Source: an uncultured Planctomycetota bacterium
Lineage (GTDB): Bacteria > Planctomycetota > Planctomycetia > Isosphaerales > Isosphaeraceae
Direction of reading: 5' to 3'
Assembly (NCBI GenBank): GCA_963823665.1
Contig: CAWGMQ010000010.1
Span: 608,001 to 672,000, forward strand
DNA: 64,000 nucleotides
Position numbers and translations under genes: made by a program. Every line of letters begins with the position of its first letter. Position 1 is the first letter of the stretch. A model generated the notes under the pieces. The model worked only from the letters and a program-made list of their open reading frames with translations. It ran no database searches and had not been told where the DNA came from. Shown here piece by piece: positions 1 to 10,955 of this stretch.

Positions 1-879
1 CCAATCTGGGCGGCGGTAAGCTCCCGAAGCGCAGCGGCAAGGTTCGCGACGTTTATGACCTGGGTGACCGCCTTCTCCTGGTCGCGACCGATCGCTTGAG
101 CGCGTTTGACTGGGTGCTCCCGAACGGCATCCCCGACAAAGGCCGGGTCCTGACCGGCCTCTCGATTTACTGGTTCGATCTCATCAAGGTTCCCAACCAC
201 TTGATCACGACCGATGTCGACTCGGCTCTGCGCGAGCTGCCTCCCGGCGAGCGCGACGCACTCCGGGGCCGCTCGATGGTTGTCAAGAAGGCCCGGGTCG
301 TTCCTTTCGAATGCGTCGTTCGTGGCTATCTCTCCGGTAGTGCTTGGAAGGAATACCGCGCCTCCGGCGCCGTCTGCGGCATCCCGCTTCCCCCGGGCCT
401 GCTCGAAAGCCAGGCGATCGATCCCATCTTCACGCCCGCTACCAAGGCCCAGACCGGCCATGACGAGAACGTCACGTTCGACTTCATGGCGGCTTCCGTC
501 GGCAAGGAAGTCGCGGAAACGTTACAATCAATGAGCCTGGAGGTGTATCGGGTCGCGTCCGAGCACGCGGCCCGCCACGGGCTCATTCTGGCGGATACCA
601 AGTTCGAATGGGGGTTTGACGACCAGACCGGTGAGCTTCTGCTGGTCGACGAAGTCCTCACGCCAGACAGCTCTCGCTTCTGGCCGGCCCAGGCGTACCA
701 GCCCGGCGGCCCGCAGCCGTCCTTTGACAAGCAGTTTGTTCGCGACTGGCTCGAATCCACGGCCTGGGACAAGGCAAGCCCCCCACCCGCGTTGCCCGAT
801 CCGATCGTCCAGAAGACGCGAGCCAAGTACATCGAAGCCTATCGAGCTCCTGACCGGACGCGCCTTCCAATCGAGCTGA
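1..879 (+). CDS. purC: SAICAR synthase (5' end outside window; frameshift ~843)
   Basis: Motifs [59 protein letters not shown]. The C-terminus [11 protein letters not shown] lies in a shifted frame ending at 879. Confidence 0.93.
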
Positions 880-899
880 ACCGGAGGAAGAGGCCCGGA

Positions 900-2065
900 A
901 TGCTCCGATACCTGACCGCTGGTGAATCGCACGGGCCCGCCCTCACGGCGATCGTCGAAGGTTTTCCCTCGGGCATCACGCTCGACACGGCCTTGATCGA
1001 CCGCGAGCTCGAGCGCCGCCAGGGCGGTTACGGGCGCGGCAAGCGGCAGAAACTCGAGACCGACCGCATCATCGTCGAATCGGGAGTTTACCACGGCGTC
1101 ACGACCGGAAGCCCGCTCACGCTGCGTCTGCTCAACAACGACGCCAAACTCGAGCGCCTCAGCGAGCCGGCTGCGCCGCGAGGCGGCCACATCGACCTGG
1201 CCGGCGCGATCAACTATCAAACCGGCATCCGCCAGGTCCTCGAACGCGCGAGCGCCGCGAAACCGCACTCCGCGTCGCCGCGGGAGCCTTCGCCAAGCTG
1301 CTCCTCGCCCAGCTCGAAATCACCGTCTTCGGCTACGTGCGCGAGCTCGGCGGCATTTCAGCCGAGCCCAAATCCTTCGACCTCACCGTCCGCGATAGAA
1401 GCCCGGTTTACACCCTGAACCCCGAGGTCGATCAGGCGATCGTCGCCGCCATCGACGCCGCCCGCGAAGCCGGCGACACCTTGGGCGGCGTCGTTGAGAC
1501 CATCGTCACCGGCTGCCCGATCGGTTTGGGCAGCCATGCCCAGTGGGACCGCAAGCTCGACGCCCGTCTGGCGTGCGCCGTCATGAGCATTCAGGCAATC
1601 AAGGCCGTCGAAATCGGCCTCGGAGTCGATGCTGCAAAACGCCCGGGGTCAAAAGTCATGGACCCGATCAGCTTCGAGAAAAACCACCTCGACTCCGACC
1701 GCCGCTTTGGATTCCGCAGACCCACGAACAACGCCGGAGGCATCGAGGGCGGCACGTCCAACGGCGAGCCCATCGTCGTTCGCGCTTCAAAAAAGCCCAT
1801 CAGCACCCTCGCCGCCCGTGGGCCTTCGATCAACATGGCGACCAAGCTCCCCCAGCCCGCGGCCTACGAACGATCGGATGTCTGTGCCGTCCCCGCCGCC
1901 AGCGTGATCGTCGAAAACGTGGTCGCCTTCGAGATCGCCGCGGCCGTGGTCGAAAAATACGTCGGCACAAGCCTCGAGGCAATCCAGTCCGCCATGTCCG
2001 CCTTCCACGAGCTGAACCGAACCCGCCTCGCCCACTGGGGTGATTCGCCCGACTCCAAAGTGTAA
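900..2065 (+). CDS. aroC: chorismate synthase (frameshift ~1258)
   Basis: ATG at 900 gives [27 protein letters not shown]. Second frame gives [37 protein letters not shown]. Confidence 0.95.
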
Positions 2066-2155
2066 TTGAGCGAATCCGCCGATTCGTCTATCCTTACCCG
2101 CGGAGGGACCCGTTTCGCCCGCCCCGTCTTTCGCGGAGCCTGCTGGGAGCCAAGG

Positions 2156-3491
2156 ATGTTTCCCCTCACCCGCCCATTGCGCCAATCTGCTTGCACAGTC
2201 CTGCTCCTGGCATTCACCGCGCTCCCCACGCTGGCCATCGCCGCGATCGCCTGGCGGATCAACCAGCCAGGCCACGTGCGCGATGTCGAAGTCGAGCTGG
2301 GACGCAAGGTCGGAATGCACGTGAGCCTCGACGCAACCAGCTACCCCGCCCCCGGAGAAGTCGTCTACCAGGGCCTGGTCCTTCGCGCAAGAACCGCGAG
2401 GCAAACAATTTGCCGAAATCGGCCGCGCGGACATGGTCCGTCTCTCCCGGTCCGATCACGATCTCACCGTCTTGCTCGAAAACCCCCAGCTCCACGCCTC
2501 GAGCCCCGCCCAGGGAATGGCGTTCCTCGACCGCATTATCCAGCGCTCAATCTCCATCCCATTCGAGCGCATCGGCTTGAGCGCCCCCGCGTGCCGGCTC
2601 GACCTGGGCAAGGACGATCTGCAATTCACGTTCATGGACGTGGCGGGTGAGTTCATCTCCGATCCCGCCGCTCCCACGCTGAAGCTCGCTTACCGCGTTC
2701 CCGGCAGCGGAAAAGGCTCGCGGTGCGAGCTGGTTCTCACCCGCGACCGCCGCACCGAGCCGTTCGAGACGTCGCTCGCATTCCGTACCGTGGAAGGCTC
2801 TCCCTTGCCCGCCCGGATGCTCAGCGTCTTGTTCGACGCCGACGACTGGTTCGGCGCCGAAGCCAAGATCTCCGGATCGCTCGAGTTGCGACAGGCAAAC
2901 TCATCCGACTGGAAAGCCCGCTTCGAAGGCGAGATCCTCGACGTCGATCTCGCCCGGCTCGTCAACCAGCGCTTTCCCCGTCACCGGCTCACCGGAAAGG
3001 CCCGCATCACGTTCGAGAAAGCCGTGTGGGGCCAGCGGCCATCGGGCCAGGGCCCGGGTTGGATCGACGTGAAAGGCCAGCTCGTCGCGGGCGCCGGATC
3101 AATCGGCCTCAACCTGTTCGAATCTCTGGCCAGGGAGATGAAATTCCGGCCCGGTGCTCGCAAGCCGTATGTCGACCCTCGCAAGCCCGAAGTGGAGTTC
3201 CGCTCGCTCGGGCTGTCGTTCGCGATGCAGGCAACAGGCGAGATCCAGATCACCGGTGCCTTGGGCGCTGAGTTTCCGCCCGACGCCATCCTCGCCAGCT
3301 CAAGCTCGACCCTGCTCTCCGCGCCCCAAGGCGCCGCCAGCGTGCACAGCCTGATCAAAACGCTCTTCCCAACCGCTGCGAACAACCCCGGCGTCCTGAT
3401 CCCGCTGACGAGTGAGTCTCAGGTCTTGCTGTCGCTTCCCCGCCCCGCCGGAAGCGACTCAACAACCCGCCCCACCCTCGACGCCAACTGA
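2156..3491 (+). CDS. hypothetical membrane-anchored protein (AsmA-like beta-rich; frameshift ~2390-2420)
   Basis: N-terminal hydrophobic helix in ORF 2066-2650 continues into ORF 2433-3491 with genome-like codon usage. Confidence 0.6.
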
Positions 3492-3516
3492 TCGTGCCAC
3501 GCTCTCGCGCTCTCTT

Positions 3517-3546
3517 CCCCCCCTTGAGAAGGGGGGGCCGGGGGGG
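3517..3546. repeat. C7-TT-GAG-AA-G7 palindrome (REP-like / bidirectional terminator)
   Basis: cccccccttgagaaggggggg followed by ccggggggg, lying between convergent genes ending at 3491 and 3575. Confidence 0.55.
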
Positions 3547-3574
3547 TTCTGGCGTCAGACACCGCACCCGTTCG

Positions 3575-4649
3575 TCACTCTTCACTATGGTCCACAACCG
3601 CTCCATTCGCGCTCGCGATCCCGCCCGAAGCCGTCCGGTTGTTCAAAACCTTGGCGGCGATCTCATCCGCCACCTGGGGATTGTCGCGCAGATACTGCTT
3701 GGCATTCTCACGGCCCTGACCGATCCGCAAATCGCCGTAGTTAAACCACGACCCGGATTTATCAATGATCTTGTCGATGATCGCCAGATCGAGCAGATCG
3801 GCTTCGCGGGAAATACCGTGCGTGTACATCATGTCAAACTCGCAGACGCGGAACGGCGGAGCGACTTTGTTCTTCACCACCTTCGCCTTGATCCGCGAGC
3901 CGACGACTTCCTCGCCGTCCTTGACCGGTCCGATCCGCCGGACGTCGATCCGGCACGAGCTGTAAAACTTGAGAGCACGCCCTCCCGGGGTCGTTTCCGG
4001 GCTTCCGAACATCACCCCGATCTTCTCCCGGATCTGGTTGATGAAGATCAGCACGCACTTGGACCGCGCAACTCCTCCCGTCAGCTTGCGCAACGCCTGG
4101 CTCATGAGCCTCGCCTGAATCCCCACAAACGTGTCGCCGATTTCACCCTCCAGCTCGGCCTTCGGCACCAGCGCAGCAACCGAGTCGATCACCACAATGT
4201 CGACAGCGTTCGACAGCACCAACATCTCCGCGATCTGGAGCGCCTCTTCCGCACTCCCGGGCTGGCTGACCAGCAAGGCTTCAATGTCCACCCCCAGCCG
4301 CTTGCACCACGCCGGGTCGAGCGCGTGCTCGGCATCGATGAACGCTGCCACCCCCCCGTTGCGCTGCGCCTGGGCGACGGCATGCAGCGCGATCGTCGTC
4401 TTGCCGCTCGATTCCGGCCCGAACAGCTCGACCATCCGCCCCCGCGGCAACCCCTTGCCCCCAAGCGCCAGATCCAGTGAGAGCGCCCCCGTCGAAACCC
4501 CCTCGACCTCCATGTGCGATCCCTCGCCCAGCTTCATGATCGCGCCGGCACCAAATGTTTTCTCGATCTGGCTGAGCGCGTTGTTCAAGCGCCTTCTGTT
4601 CGGCCGACATCGCCGCCTTGCTCTCGGTCGCTCCCTGTCGCTTGGCCAC
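3575..4649 (-). CDS. recA: recombinase RecA (frameshift ~4590)
   Basis: [73 protein letters not shown]. Confidence 0.97.
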
Positions 4650-4682
4650 GGCTCTCGCTCCTTCCTTGATTCCCCTTGACTA

Positions 4683-4728
4683 TGTACGTAAGAACAGTAA
4701 TATAGCGACGCATCCGCTGATTGGTCAA
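4683..4728 (-). promoter_or_regulatory. recA sigma70-like promoter plus candidate LexA box
   Basis: Minus strand TTGACC(4728-4723)-N18-TATATT(4704-4699), then the near-palindrome TGTTC-TTAC-GTACA (4696-4683). Confidence 0.55.
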
Positions 4729-5324
4729 GGCGAACGCGTCGATTTCTCGCCCTCGAGACGTGCCCGGCCCAGGGGCTCGTAACTCGGCCCTTCCGCTGTC
4801 GGCCGTGAGGCAAACCCGACGACCTCAACAGCCGTGAAGTCACCGCACGACCACGAGCGATATCGTTCCACGACTTTCGTCAAATCGCAAGGCCCTCGCC
4901 GGCCGGGCTTGAATCGGCCCAACGTCACGTGCGGATGAAAGCGCTCGTCTGACGGATAACCCGCTCTTGCCGCGGCGCCGGTAACGGCGCGCTGGATCTC
5001 GTCAAGAAGTGCGGGTTTCCGTGCCGGAAGCCCGGCCCAGACGACTCTCGGCCGCCCCGGCGAGGGAAACGCGCCCACGCCCTCGAAATGCAGCTCGCAA
5101 GGTGGGAAGCGGCCGACGCTCGAGCCAACGACCTCGAGCAGGCGGCTCAGATCACCGTTTCGCACGTCGCCCAGGAACGCAAGTGTCATGTGGAATGCGG
5201 TCTTCTCGCTCGTCCAGCGGCATCCGGTAAGCTCCGGCGCAAGCGTTCTTTGCACCTCTCTGAGCGCCTCTCCCATCGGCTCCGGAATCTCGATCGCAAA
5301 GAATGTTCGCGTGGTCTGGCTCAT
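4725..5324 (-). CDS. thpR: RNA 2',3'-cyclic phosphodiesterase (2H family)
   Basis: RTFFAI start, two HxT motifs ([16 protein letters not shown]), GAFP..PRVVWAG. Adjacent to recA as is common. Confidence 0.9.
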   Translation of the reverse strand: MSQTTRTFFAIEIPEPMGEALREVQRTLAPELTGCRWTSEKTAFHMTLAFLGDVRNGDLSRLLEVVGSSVGRFPPCELHFEGVGAFPSPGRPRVVWAGLPARKPALLDEIQRAVTGAAARAGYPSDERFHPHVTLGRFKPGRRGPCDLTKVVERYRSWSCGDFTAVEVVGFASRPTAEGPSYEPLGRARLEGEKSTRSP

Positions 5325-5370
5325 CGATTGCAAACGCCCAGAGGCGCCTCCGAGCCGTCCTCCCCGTCCG

Positions 5371-5817
5371 CTAATGCAGTTGGTCTCTGATCCAGTCCAG
5401 CAGGCGATCGAGCATGCGCGGAGGCGACTTCACACTGTCGTCCTCTTCAACGAAGCGCTCGAAATGGTCGCCCTTGACCACGAGGACCAGCCGCGTCACG
5501 TCACGGCGATGCTCATCCGGATCGAAATCCTCGACCTTGAACCCCTTGAGCGGGTTCCCTTTCTGCGTGAAATCGACTTTGAGCTGCCCCCGGCCCGCCG
5601 AACTGAACCACACCTTGCTCTTTCCGCCCGGGGCGATCGCACCCACGTCCACTCGCGTATCCGCATAGCTCGCGGACACGCCCTGCATCGGCTCATCCCC
5701 TTCGTTCACGATCATCGCCGAAGCCGTCGACGTGCCCCAGTACCGCATCGCACACTCGAGCCCGACCGCGATCGCGACGACCAGCACGCCCACCAGGATG
5801 ACCCAGCGTCGAGACAT
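5371..5817 (-). CDS. hypothetical membrane-anchored protein
   Basis: N-terminal TM helix and beta-rich domain; sits in the gltX-PfkB-thpR-recA run. Confidence 0.65.
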   Translation of the reverse strand: MSRRWVILVGVLVVAIAVGLECAMRYWGTSTASAMIVNEGDEPMQGVSASYADTRVDVGAIAPGGKSKVWFSSAGRGQLKVDFTQKGNPLKGFKVEDFDPDEHRRDVTRLVLVVKGDHFERFVEEDDSVKSPPRMLDRLLDWIRDQLH

Positions 5818-5852
5818 TGCAGGAGCCTGGAGTGACGAAGTAGAGACCCAGA

Positions 5853-6831
5853 TCAAGACGCCGCAGCGTGATGGCTTACCAGATCGTTGATCTCCGCCGA
5901 CGCGCCGAAATTCTCGCGGTACCGCGCCGCGAACTCTTGTAGCGTGTACGCATGTTGCTGCGGACCATGCTGCTCGACGGCATACACCCCCGCCAGCGCC
6001 GCCAGCCGGCCCACCACAGGCCAGGGCAGCTTGCGCTTGTAACCCAGAACCAAGCCCGACCGGAATGCATCGCCAGCCCCCGTCGGATCAACCACCTTCT
6101 TGCATTTGGCAGCCGGTATCTCGAAGGTTTCTTCGCCCACGGTGATCACCGAGCCTGCCTCCCCGCGCGTCATGACCGTGATCGGCACCCTCCGGCGCAG
6201 CTCAGCCTCCGTGATGCCCAGCTTCTCGGCGAGCATCCCGAATTCGTAATCGTTCCCCGCCAGAATCCGTGCACCGGCGCATCCTTTCTCCAGGTCGTCG
6301 CGTGAAAGCCTCGGCAACTGCATCGACGGATCGTAGAGATAGGGAACCCCCGCCTCGGTGCATTCCGCCACCGCCCGGTTCATCGCTCCGGGATCGTTGG
6401 GCGCGATCAGCACCAGGTCGTCCGGTGCCGACCCCCGCTTCCGGCAGCGAGATCGTCCGCGCGTGCGACATCGCCCCCGGATAGAACGCCGTGATCTGGT
6501 TATCTTGCAAGTCCGTGTTGATGAAACACGAGGCGGTGTGCTCCCCGCCAATCACCTTCACCGCGTGGCAGTCGACCCCGATCGACTCCAGAAACGACCG
6601 GTAATCCGCGAAATCGTCCCCGACCGCCCCGACCAGCACCGGGCGCTGTCCCAGCAGCCCCAGGTTGTAAGCGATGTTCGCCCCCGTGCCGCCCCGCCGT
6701 CGTGTCAGCGAGTCGACCAGGAACGAAACCGACAGCACGTGCATCTTGTCCGGCAGGATGTGGTCCTGAAAACGCCCGGGAAACACCATGATATAGTCAT
6801 AGGCGATCGAGCCCGTCACAAAGATCCGCAT
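5853..6831 (-). CDS. PfkB-family carbohydrate/nucleoside (adenosine) kinase (frameshift ~6430)
   Basis: GSIAYD, GGTGANIAY, NDYE, TRGEAG, VDPTGAGDAF. Confidence 0.9.
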
Positions 6832-6856
6832 GCGTTCGACCTCGTTCGTTGTGTAT

Positions 6857-8350
6857 TCAAGACTCATCCTGCTTTCCTAGCATCGCCAGCGTCTGTTCAA
6901 TCCGGCTACGGCAGACGTCGCGCCCCAGGATGGCGAGGCAGTCGTAAAGCCCCGGCCCAACCCCTTGCCCTGTGACCGCCACCCGTAGCGGGTTCACGAC
7001 CTCACCCATCTTCCGGCCGCTCCGCTCCCCGTAGTCGTGCACTGCCTTCTCTAGCGTGGATACATCGAATGGCTCCGTCTCCGCGAGCACCCGGTCGAGT
7101 TCCAGAAGCATCGCGTCAACGCCCTCCTTTCGCAGCCGTTTCTTCACGGCGTCGGGGTCAAAGGTGAGCTCCCGGGTGAAGAAATACCGGCCCAGCTTCA
7201 GGACATCGGAAAAGACCTTCAGCCGGTCGCCCAGCGCTACGATGACCGCTTCGACCCGCGCACGCTTCCCCGCCGCGAGCGGCTCGCCGACCAATCCCTC
7301 GCGCTTCAGAAACGGAACCACTCCCTCCACTTTCTCCTCGAGTGGCAGCTTCCGCATCCACTCCCCCTCGATCCAGAACAGCTTGTCCTGGTCGTGGCTC
7401 GCCGGCGAGCTGTTCACCTTCTCGAGCGTGAATTTCTCGATCAGCTCCTGCCGGCCAAACACCTCCTGCGAGGCGTCGTAGCTCCAGCCCAGCCGCGCCA
7501 GATAATTCACGAGGGCGTCCGGAAGATAGCCGCGCTCGACGTACTGATGCAGATAAACCAGAATGCCACTCTTCTCATACTCCGCAAGCTTCCGCTTCGA
7601 CATCTTCGCTCGCGACCCTGGCTCCGCAACATAAGGAATATGGGCGAACTGCGGCAACTTGTCGCCCAATGCCTCGAAGACCAGGAGCTGCGGAAAAGTA
7701 TTCGAGAGGTGTTCGTCGGCACGAACCACATGCGTGATCTCCATGTCGACGTCGTCCACGACGCTGGCGAAGTTATAGAGCGGGCTACCGTCGGGTCGCA
7801 CGATCACGAAATCGCCGATCTCATCGGTCGCAAACTCGACGTCCCCCTTGATCAGGTCATGGAGCACGAGCATGCGTCCGGCGGGAACTTGGAACCGCAG
7901 CGCGAACGGGCGGCCTTCCGCCTCATACTGTGCCGCGGTCTGCTCCGAAAGCTCCTTGCGGCGAAACCGATAGGCCCGCTTGTCGCGTTCCGCGGCTGCC
8001 TTGTCCGCGGCTCGCTCTCCCTCGGTGCTGTAGTCGCGGTAGACGTGCCCCGAGCTCGCGAGTCGTGCCGCCGCCTGGCGATAGCGCTCAGCCCGCTGCG
8101 ATTGGTAATACGGCCCTTTTGATCCGCCGACTTCCGGCCCCTCGTCCCAGTCGATCCCGATCCACCGGAACCCGTCGAGGATCCTTGCCACTGCGCTTTC
8201 GACGTGCCGCTGCTGGTCGGTGTCGTCAATTCGTAAAATAAACTGCCCACCCTGGTGACGCGCCAGCAGCCAGTTGAAGAGCGCTGTTCGCACTCCGCCA
8301 ATGTGCAAATAACCGGTCGGGCTGGGCGCGAATCGGGTTCGAATGCTCAT
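6857..8350 (-). CDS. gltX: glutamate--tRNA ligase
   Basis: RFAPSPTGYLHIGG (HIGH), RIDDTD, KMSKR, C-terminal PLRVAVTG anticodon domain. Confidence 0.96.
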   Translation of the reverse strand: MSIRTRFAPSPTGYLHIGGVRTALFNWLLARHQGGQFILRIDDTDQQRHVESAVARILDGFRWIGIDWDEGPEVGGSKGPYYQSQRAERYRQAAARLASSGHVYRDYSTEGERAADKAAAERDKRAYRFRRKELSEQTAAQYEAEGRPFALRFQVPAGRMLVLHDLIKGDVEFATDEIGDFVIVRPDGSPLYNFASVVDDVDMEITHVVRADEHLSNTFPQLLVFEALGDKLPQFAHIPYVAEPGSRAKMSKRKLAEYEKSGILVYLHQYVERGYLPDALVNYLARLGWSYDASQEVFGRQELIEKFTLEKVNSSPASHDQDKLFWIEGEWMRKLPLEEKVEGVVPFLKREGLVGEPLAAGKRARVEAVIVALGDRLKVFSDVLKLGRYFFTRELTFDPDAVKKRLRKEGVDAMLLELDRVLAETEPFDVSTLEKAVHDYGERSGRKMGEVVNPLRVAVTGQGVGPGLYDCLAILGRDVCRSRIEQTLAMLGKQDES

Positions 8351-8507
8351 GTCACTGATTCGCAGCCGGCTCGCCTGGCTTGGGAGGGTGAAATCGGCGC
8401 ACGCATGCCGCGCGACGCCAAGCTCACGATAGGGTCTAGCGCGCCAACTGTCAACCATCGCAAGGTCGCGACGGGCCATCGCCAGTCGCGCGATCGTGCA
8501 CGGCGGT

Positions 8508-8831
8508 CTAGACTTCCGTCAATTCCGCGGCGTCCAGCTTCTTGTACCCCAATCCCTGCAGCACCTCGAGCACTTCGCTCCAGGTAGGAAACATCCTGCC
8601 GCTGCGTCGTTTGTACTCGTTCATTGCCAGCATGAACTCCATCTCGGCGTCCGAGTAATCGCGCTCGCTGGTCGTCGGATCGACAAATCGCCGCCGGCCG
8701 CTAGCCTGGCGGGCGTTTGCCGCTCGCGTGGCTTGCTCGGAAGCGCGTCGATTCGTCCAGGCCTCGTCGGCCTGGTCTCTACTGGAATTCGCGACAGAAG
8801 CCTCTCTGTCGTCACATAGTGGTCTGCTCAT
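8508..8831 (-). CDS. small conserved planctomycete-type protein of unknown function
   Basis: RBS-like GAGGAG upstream of ATG 8831. Motif [51 protein letters not shown]. Confidence 0.75.
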   Translation of the reverse strand: MSRPLCDDREASVANSSRDQADEAWTNRRASEQATRAANARQASGRRRFVDPTTSERDYSDAEMEFMLAMNEYKRRSGRMFPTWSEVLEVLQGLGYKKLDAAELTEV

Positions 8832-9003
8832 CCGCTCCAAGCTCCTCTCGGTGCCCACCTTGGTGACTACAGAACTCTTGACCAGGCAGCACGTTGGAAG
8901 AAGTTGTCCGGCGACAGGCCTCCTGCGCTTGATGATCCGTCCCCTTCCGTCGGGCGGTGACAACGATTGTCGTTCCCTGAAGCATCCCACTGGTCAGGAT
9001 AGA

Positions 9004-9044
9004 ATGTTGGGGTGACATCAGTGTGTCACCCCGACGTTTTTTTT
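9004..9044 (+). terminator. intrinsic terminator-like hairpin plus T-tract
   Basis: atgttggggtgaca-tcagtg-tgtcaccccgacgt followed by a run of T. Confidence 0.55.
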
Positions 9045-9093
9045 GGCCGAATGAACGTGCCGAATACTCCGATTTTGCGCGCTGAGGTCGAAT

Positions 9094-9145
9094 CTCGTTC
9101 CCACGCTCCCGCATGGGAACGGCCATCGTGCCGCTCTGCGGCGTG
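9094..9145. repeat. REP-like palindrome (TCGTTCCCACGCT..C(G/A)TGGGAA type)
   Basis: ctcgttcccacgctcccgcatgggaacg hairpin plus a gccgctctgcggc second hairpin, intergenic. Confidence 0.6.
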
Positions 9146-9421
9146 CATGCGTCCGGTCTCGAACGCGGTTCCCGACCGATTCCCACAGACCGACAGATTG
9201 ATGAGCGTCCGCTCCGGCGTGAAGAGCCGTAATTTAATGCGGATGCCCGGCCCGGCGATTTCCCATCGTCCTCGAATCCGCCGCGAGGTAGGGGGTTGCG
9301 AAACGCGACAAACTGATACAATGGTTGGTTATCCGTTCCGCATCGGGTCGCGCAGTCTTACTTGAAAACCGGTGATCTTGGTCGCCCGTTCCAACTCAAA
9401 TCGGAGCGAGGGCACTCATAC

Positions 9422-10945
9422 ATGGCCGAACTCGACGCTGATATGCTGCTCGACCAGGTGACCATGCTCGGCTTGGTCTCGCGCGAGCAGCTCCAGGACG
9501 CCAGGACCGCCGCCGACTCAGCCGCTCCCGACGCGGTCGTCCGCATGCTGCTGCGAAAAGGCTTGCTCACAAGCTGGCAGATCGATCGTCTCAAGAAGGG
9601 TGATCCCAGCGGATTCTTCTTCGGCGACGCCAAGATCCTCTTCCATCTCGCCGAAGGCACATTCGCCCGCGTCTATCGCGGTGAACACACCACCACCAAG
9701 GCTGCTCTTGCCGTGAAGGTGCTCCGCCAGCGCTTCGCCCAGATTCCCGATGCCGTCGATCGCTTCCACAAGGAAGCCGAGGCCGGCATGAAGCTAAATC
9801 ATCCCAACATCGTGCAGGTCATCGACCAGGGGCGGCAGGAGAAACATCATTACATGATCATGGAATACGTCGAGGGCATGAACCTTCGCGATTTCATGAA
9901 GCTGCGCACCCGGATCCCGACCGACCAGGCGCTGCCGCTCATGCTCGGCATGGCGCGCGGGCTCAAGTTCTCGAACCAGCAAGGCGTCACCCATCGCGAC
10001 ATCAAGGGCACCAACATCCTCATCTCCAACCAGGGAGAAGCCAAGCTCGTCGATTTCGGGCTGGCCACGATGCAGGGAGAAGAAAAGCAGCCGGGCGTCA
10101 AGAGCCAGCGCACGGTCGACTACTCGGCGCTCGAGCGCACCTGCAACAGCCCCAAGGGCGACCCCCGCTCCGACATCTACTTCCTGGGCTGCGTCTTCTA
10201 CCAGATGGTCACCGGCCAGCTCCCCATGGAAGAATCCGAAAGCAAGGACATGCTCCGGAAAATGCTCAAACGGTCCTTCGGAGCGATCAAGCCCATCAAC
10301 GAGCACCGCTACGCTCCCGAGGAAGAGCTCGGCGGCATCATCGAAAAGATGATGAAGATCGACTTGAAGGCCCGGTATCAGACCATGGAAGACGTCGTCA
10401 ACGAGCTCGAGAACTTTCAAAGAGACTACGAGGCCGCCAAGGCCGGCGGAGCCGTCAAGAAGAAATCCGAGGAGGATGAAGAATTCATCGACTCGATCTT
10501 TCTCCGCCACGAGCTCGAAAAGCCGGTCGCAGCTCCCCAGCCCGCGAAGCCGGCCCCCAAGCCCGTCCCTTCCAAGAGCATCCTCTGCGTCGAAACCCAG
10601 GCCGAAATCCAGGACGCCTTCCGCAAAACCCTCTCGGCCATGGGATACAGGGTCTACCTCGTCTCCGACGCCGAGGTTGCCGCGGAGCGCTATCGTGAGA
10701 ACCCGGTCGATGCCGTGATCTTCGACTCCGACGGCCAGGACGCCGATTCGTTCGACGCCTTTCTCGATATGCACGAACGCGCCCACGAAGACGGCCATCA
10801 GCTCGTCGCTCTCGTCTTGCTCGGGGTCAAGCAGCACGATCTCCGCGAGCGCCTGCCGTCGGACGACCGGCTCATCGTCCTCGACAAGCCGATCAGGATG
10901 AAGCAGGTTCAAGACGCACTCCAGAACTTGGTGCCCATCCGCTGA
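9422..10945 (+). CDS. Hanks-type Ser/Thr kinase with C-terminal receiver (REC)-like domain
   Basis: AVKVL, HRDIKGTNIL, DFGLA, SDIYFLG. C-terminal ILCVE...AVIFDSDG...LDKP. Confidence 0.88.
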   Translation: MAELDADMLLDQVTMLGLVSREQLQDARTAADSAAPDAVVRMLLRKGLLTSWQIDRLKKGDPSGFFFGDAKILFHLAEGTFARVYRGEHTTTKAALAVKVLRQRFAQIPDAVDRFHKEAEAGMKLNHPNIVQVIDQGRQEKHHYMIMEYVEGMNLRDFMKLRTRIPTDQALPLMLGMARGLKFSNQQGVTHRDIKGTNILISNQGEAKLVDFGLATMQGEEKQPGVKSQRTVDYSALERTCNSPKGDPRSDIYFLGCVFYQMVTGQLPMEESESKDMLRKMLKRSFGAIKPINEHRYAPEEELGGIIEKMMKIDLKARYQTMEDVVNELENFQRDYEAAKAGGAVKKKSEEDEEFIDSIFLRHELEKPVAAPQPAKPAPKPVPSKSILCVETQAEIQDAFRKTLSAMGYRVYLVSDAEVAAERYRENPVDAVIFDSDGQDADSFDAFLDMHERAHEDGHQLVALVLLGVKQHDLRERLPSDDRLIVLDKPIRMKQVQDALQNLVPIR

Positions 10946-10955
10946 AGCGTATGAA

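Noticed and set aside
96..1418. Apparent PurC-AroC fusion ORF
   Set aside because: A frameshift at ~843 bypasses the purC stop (879); aroC has its own ATG at 900 with a purine-rich RBS-like sequence.
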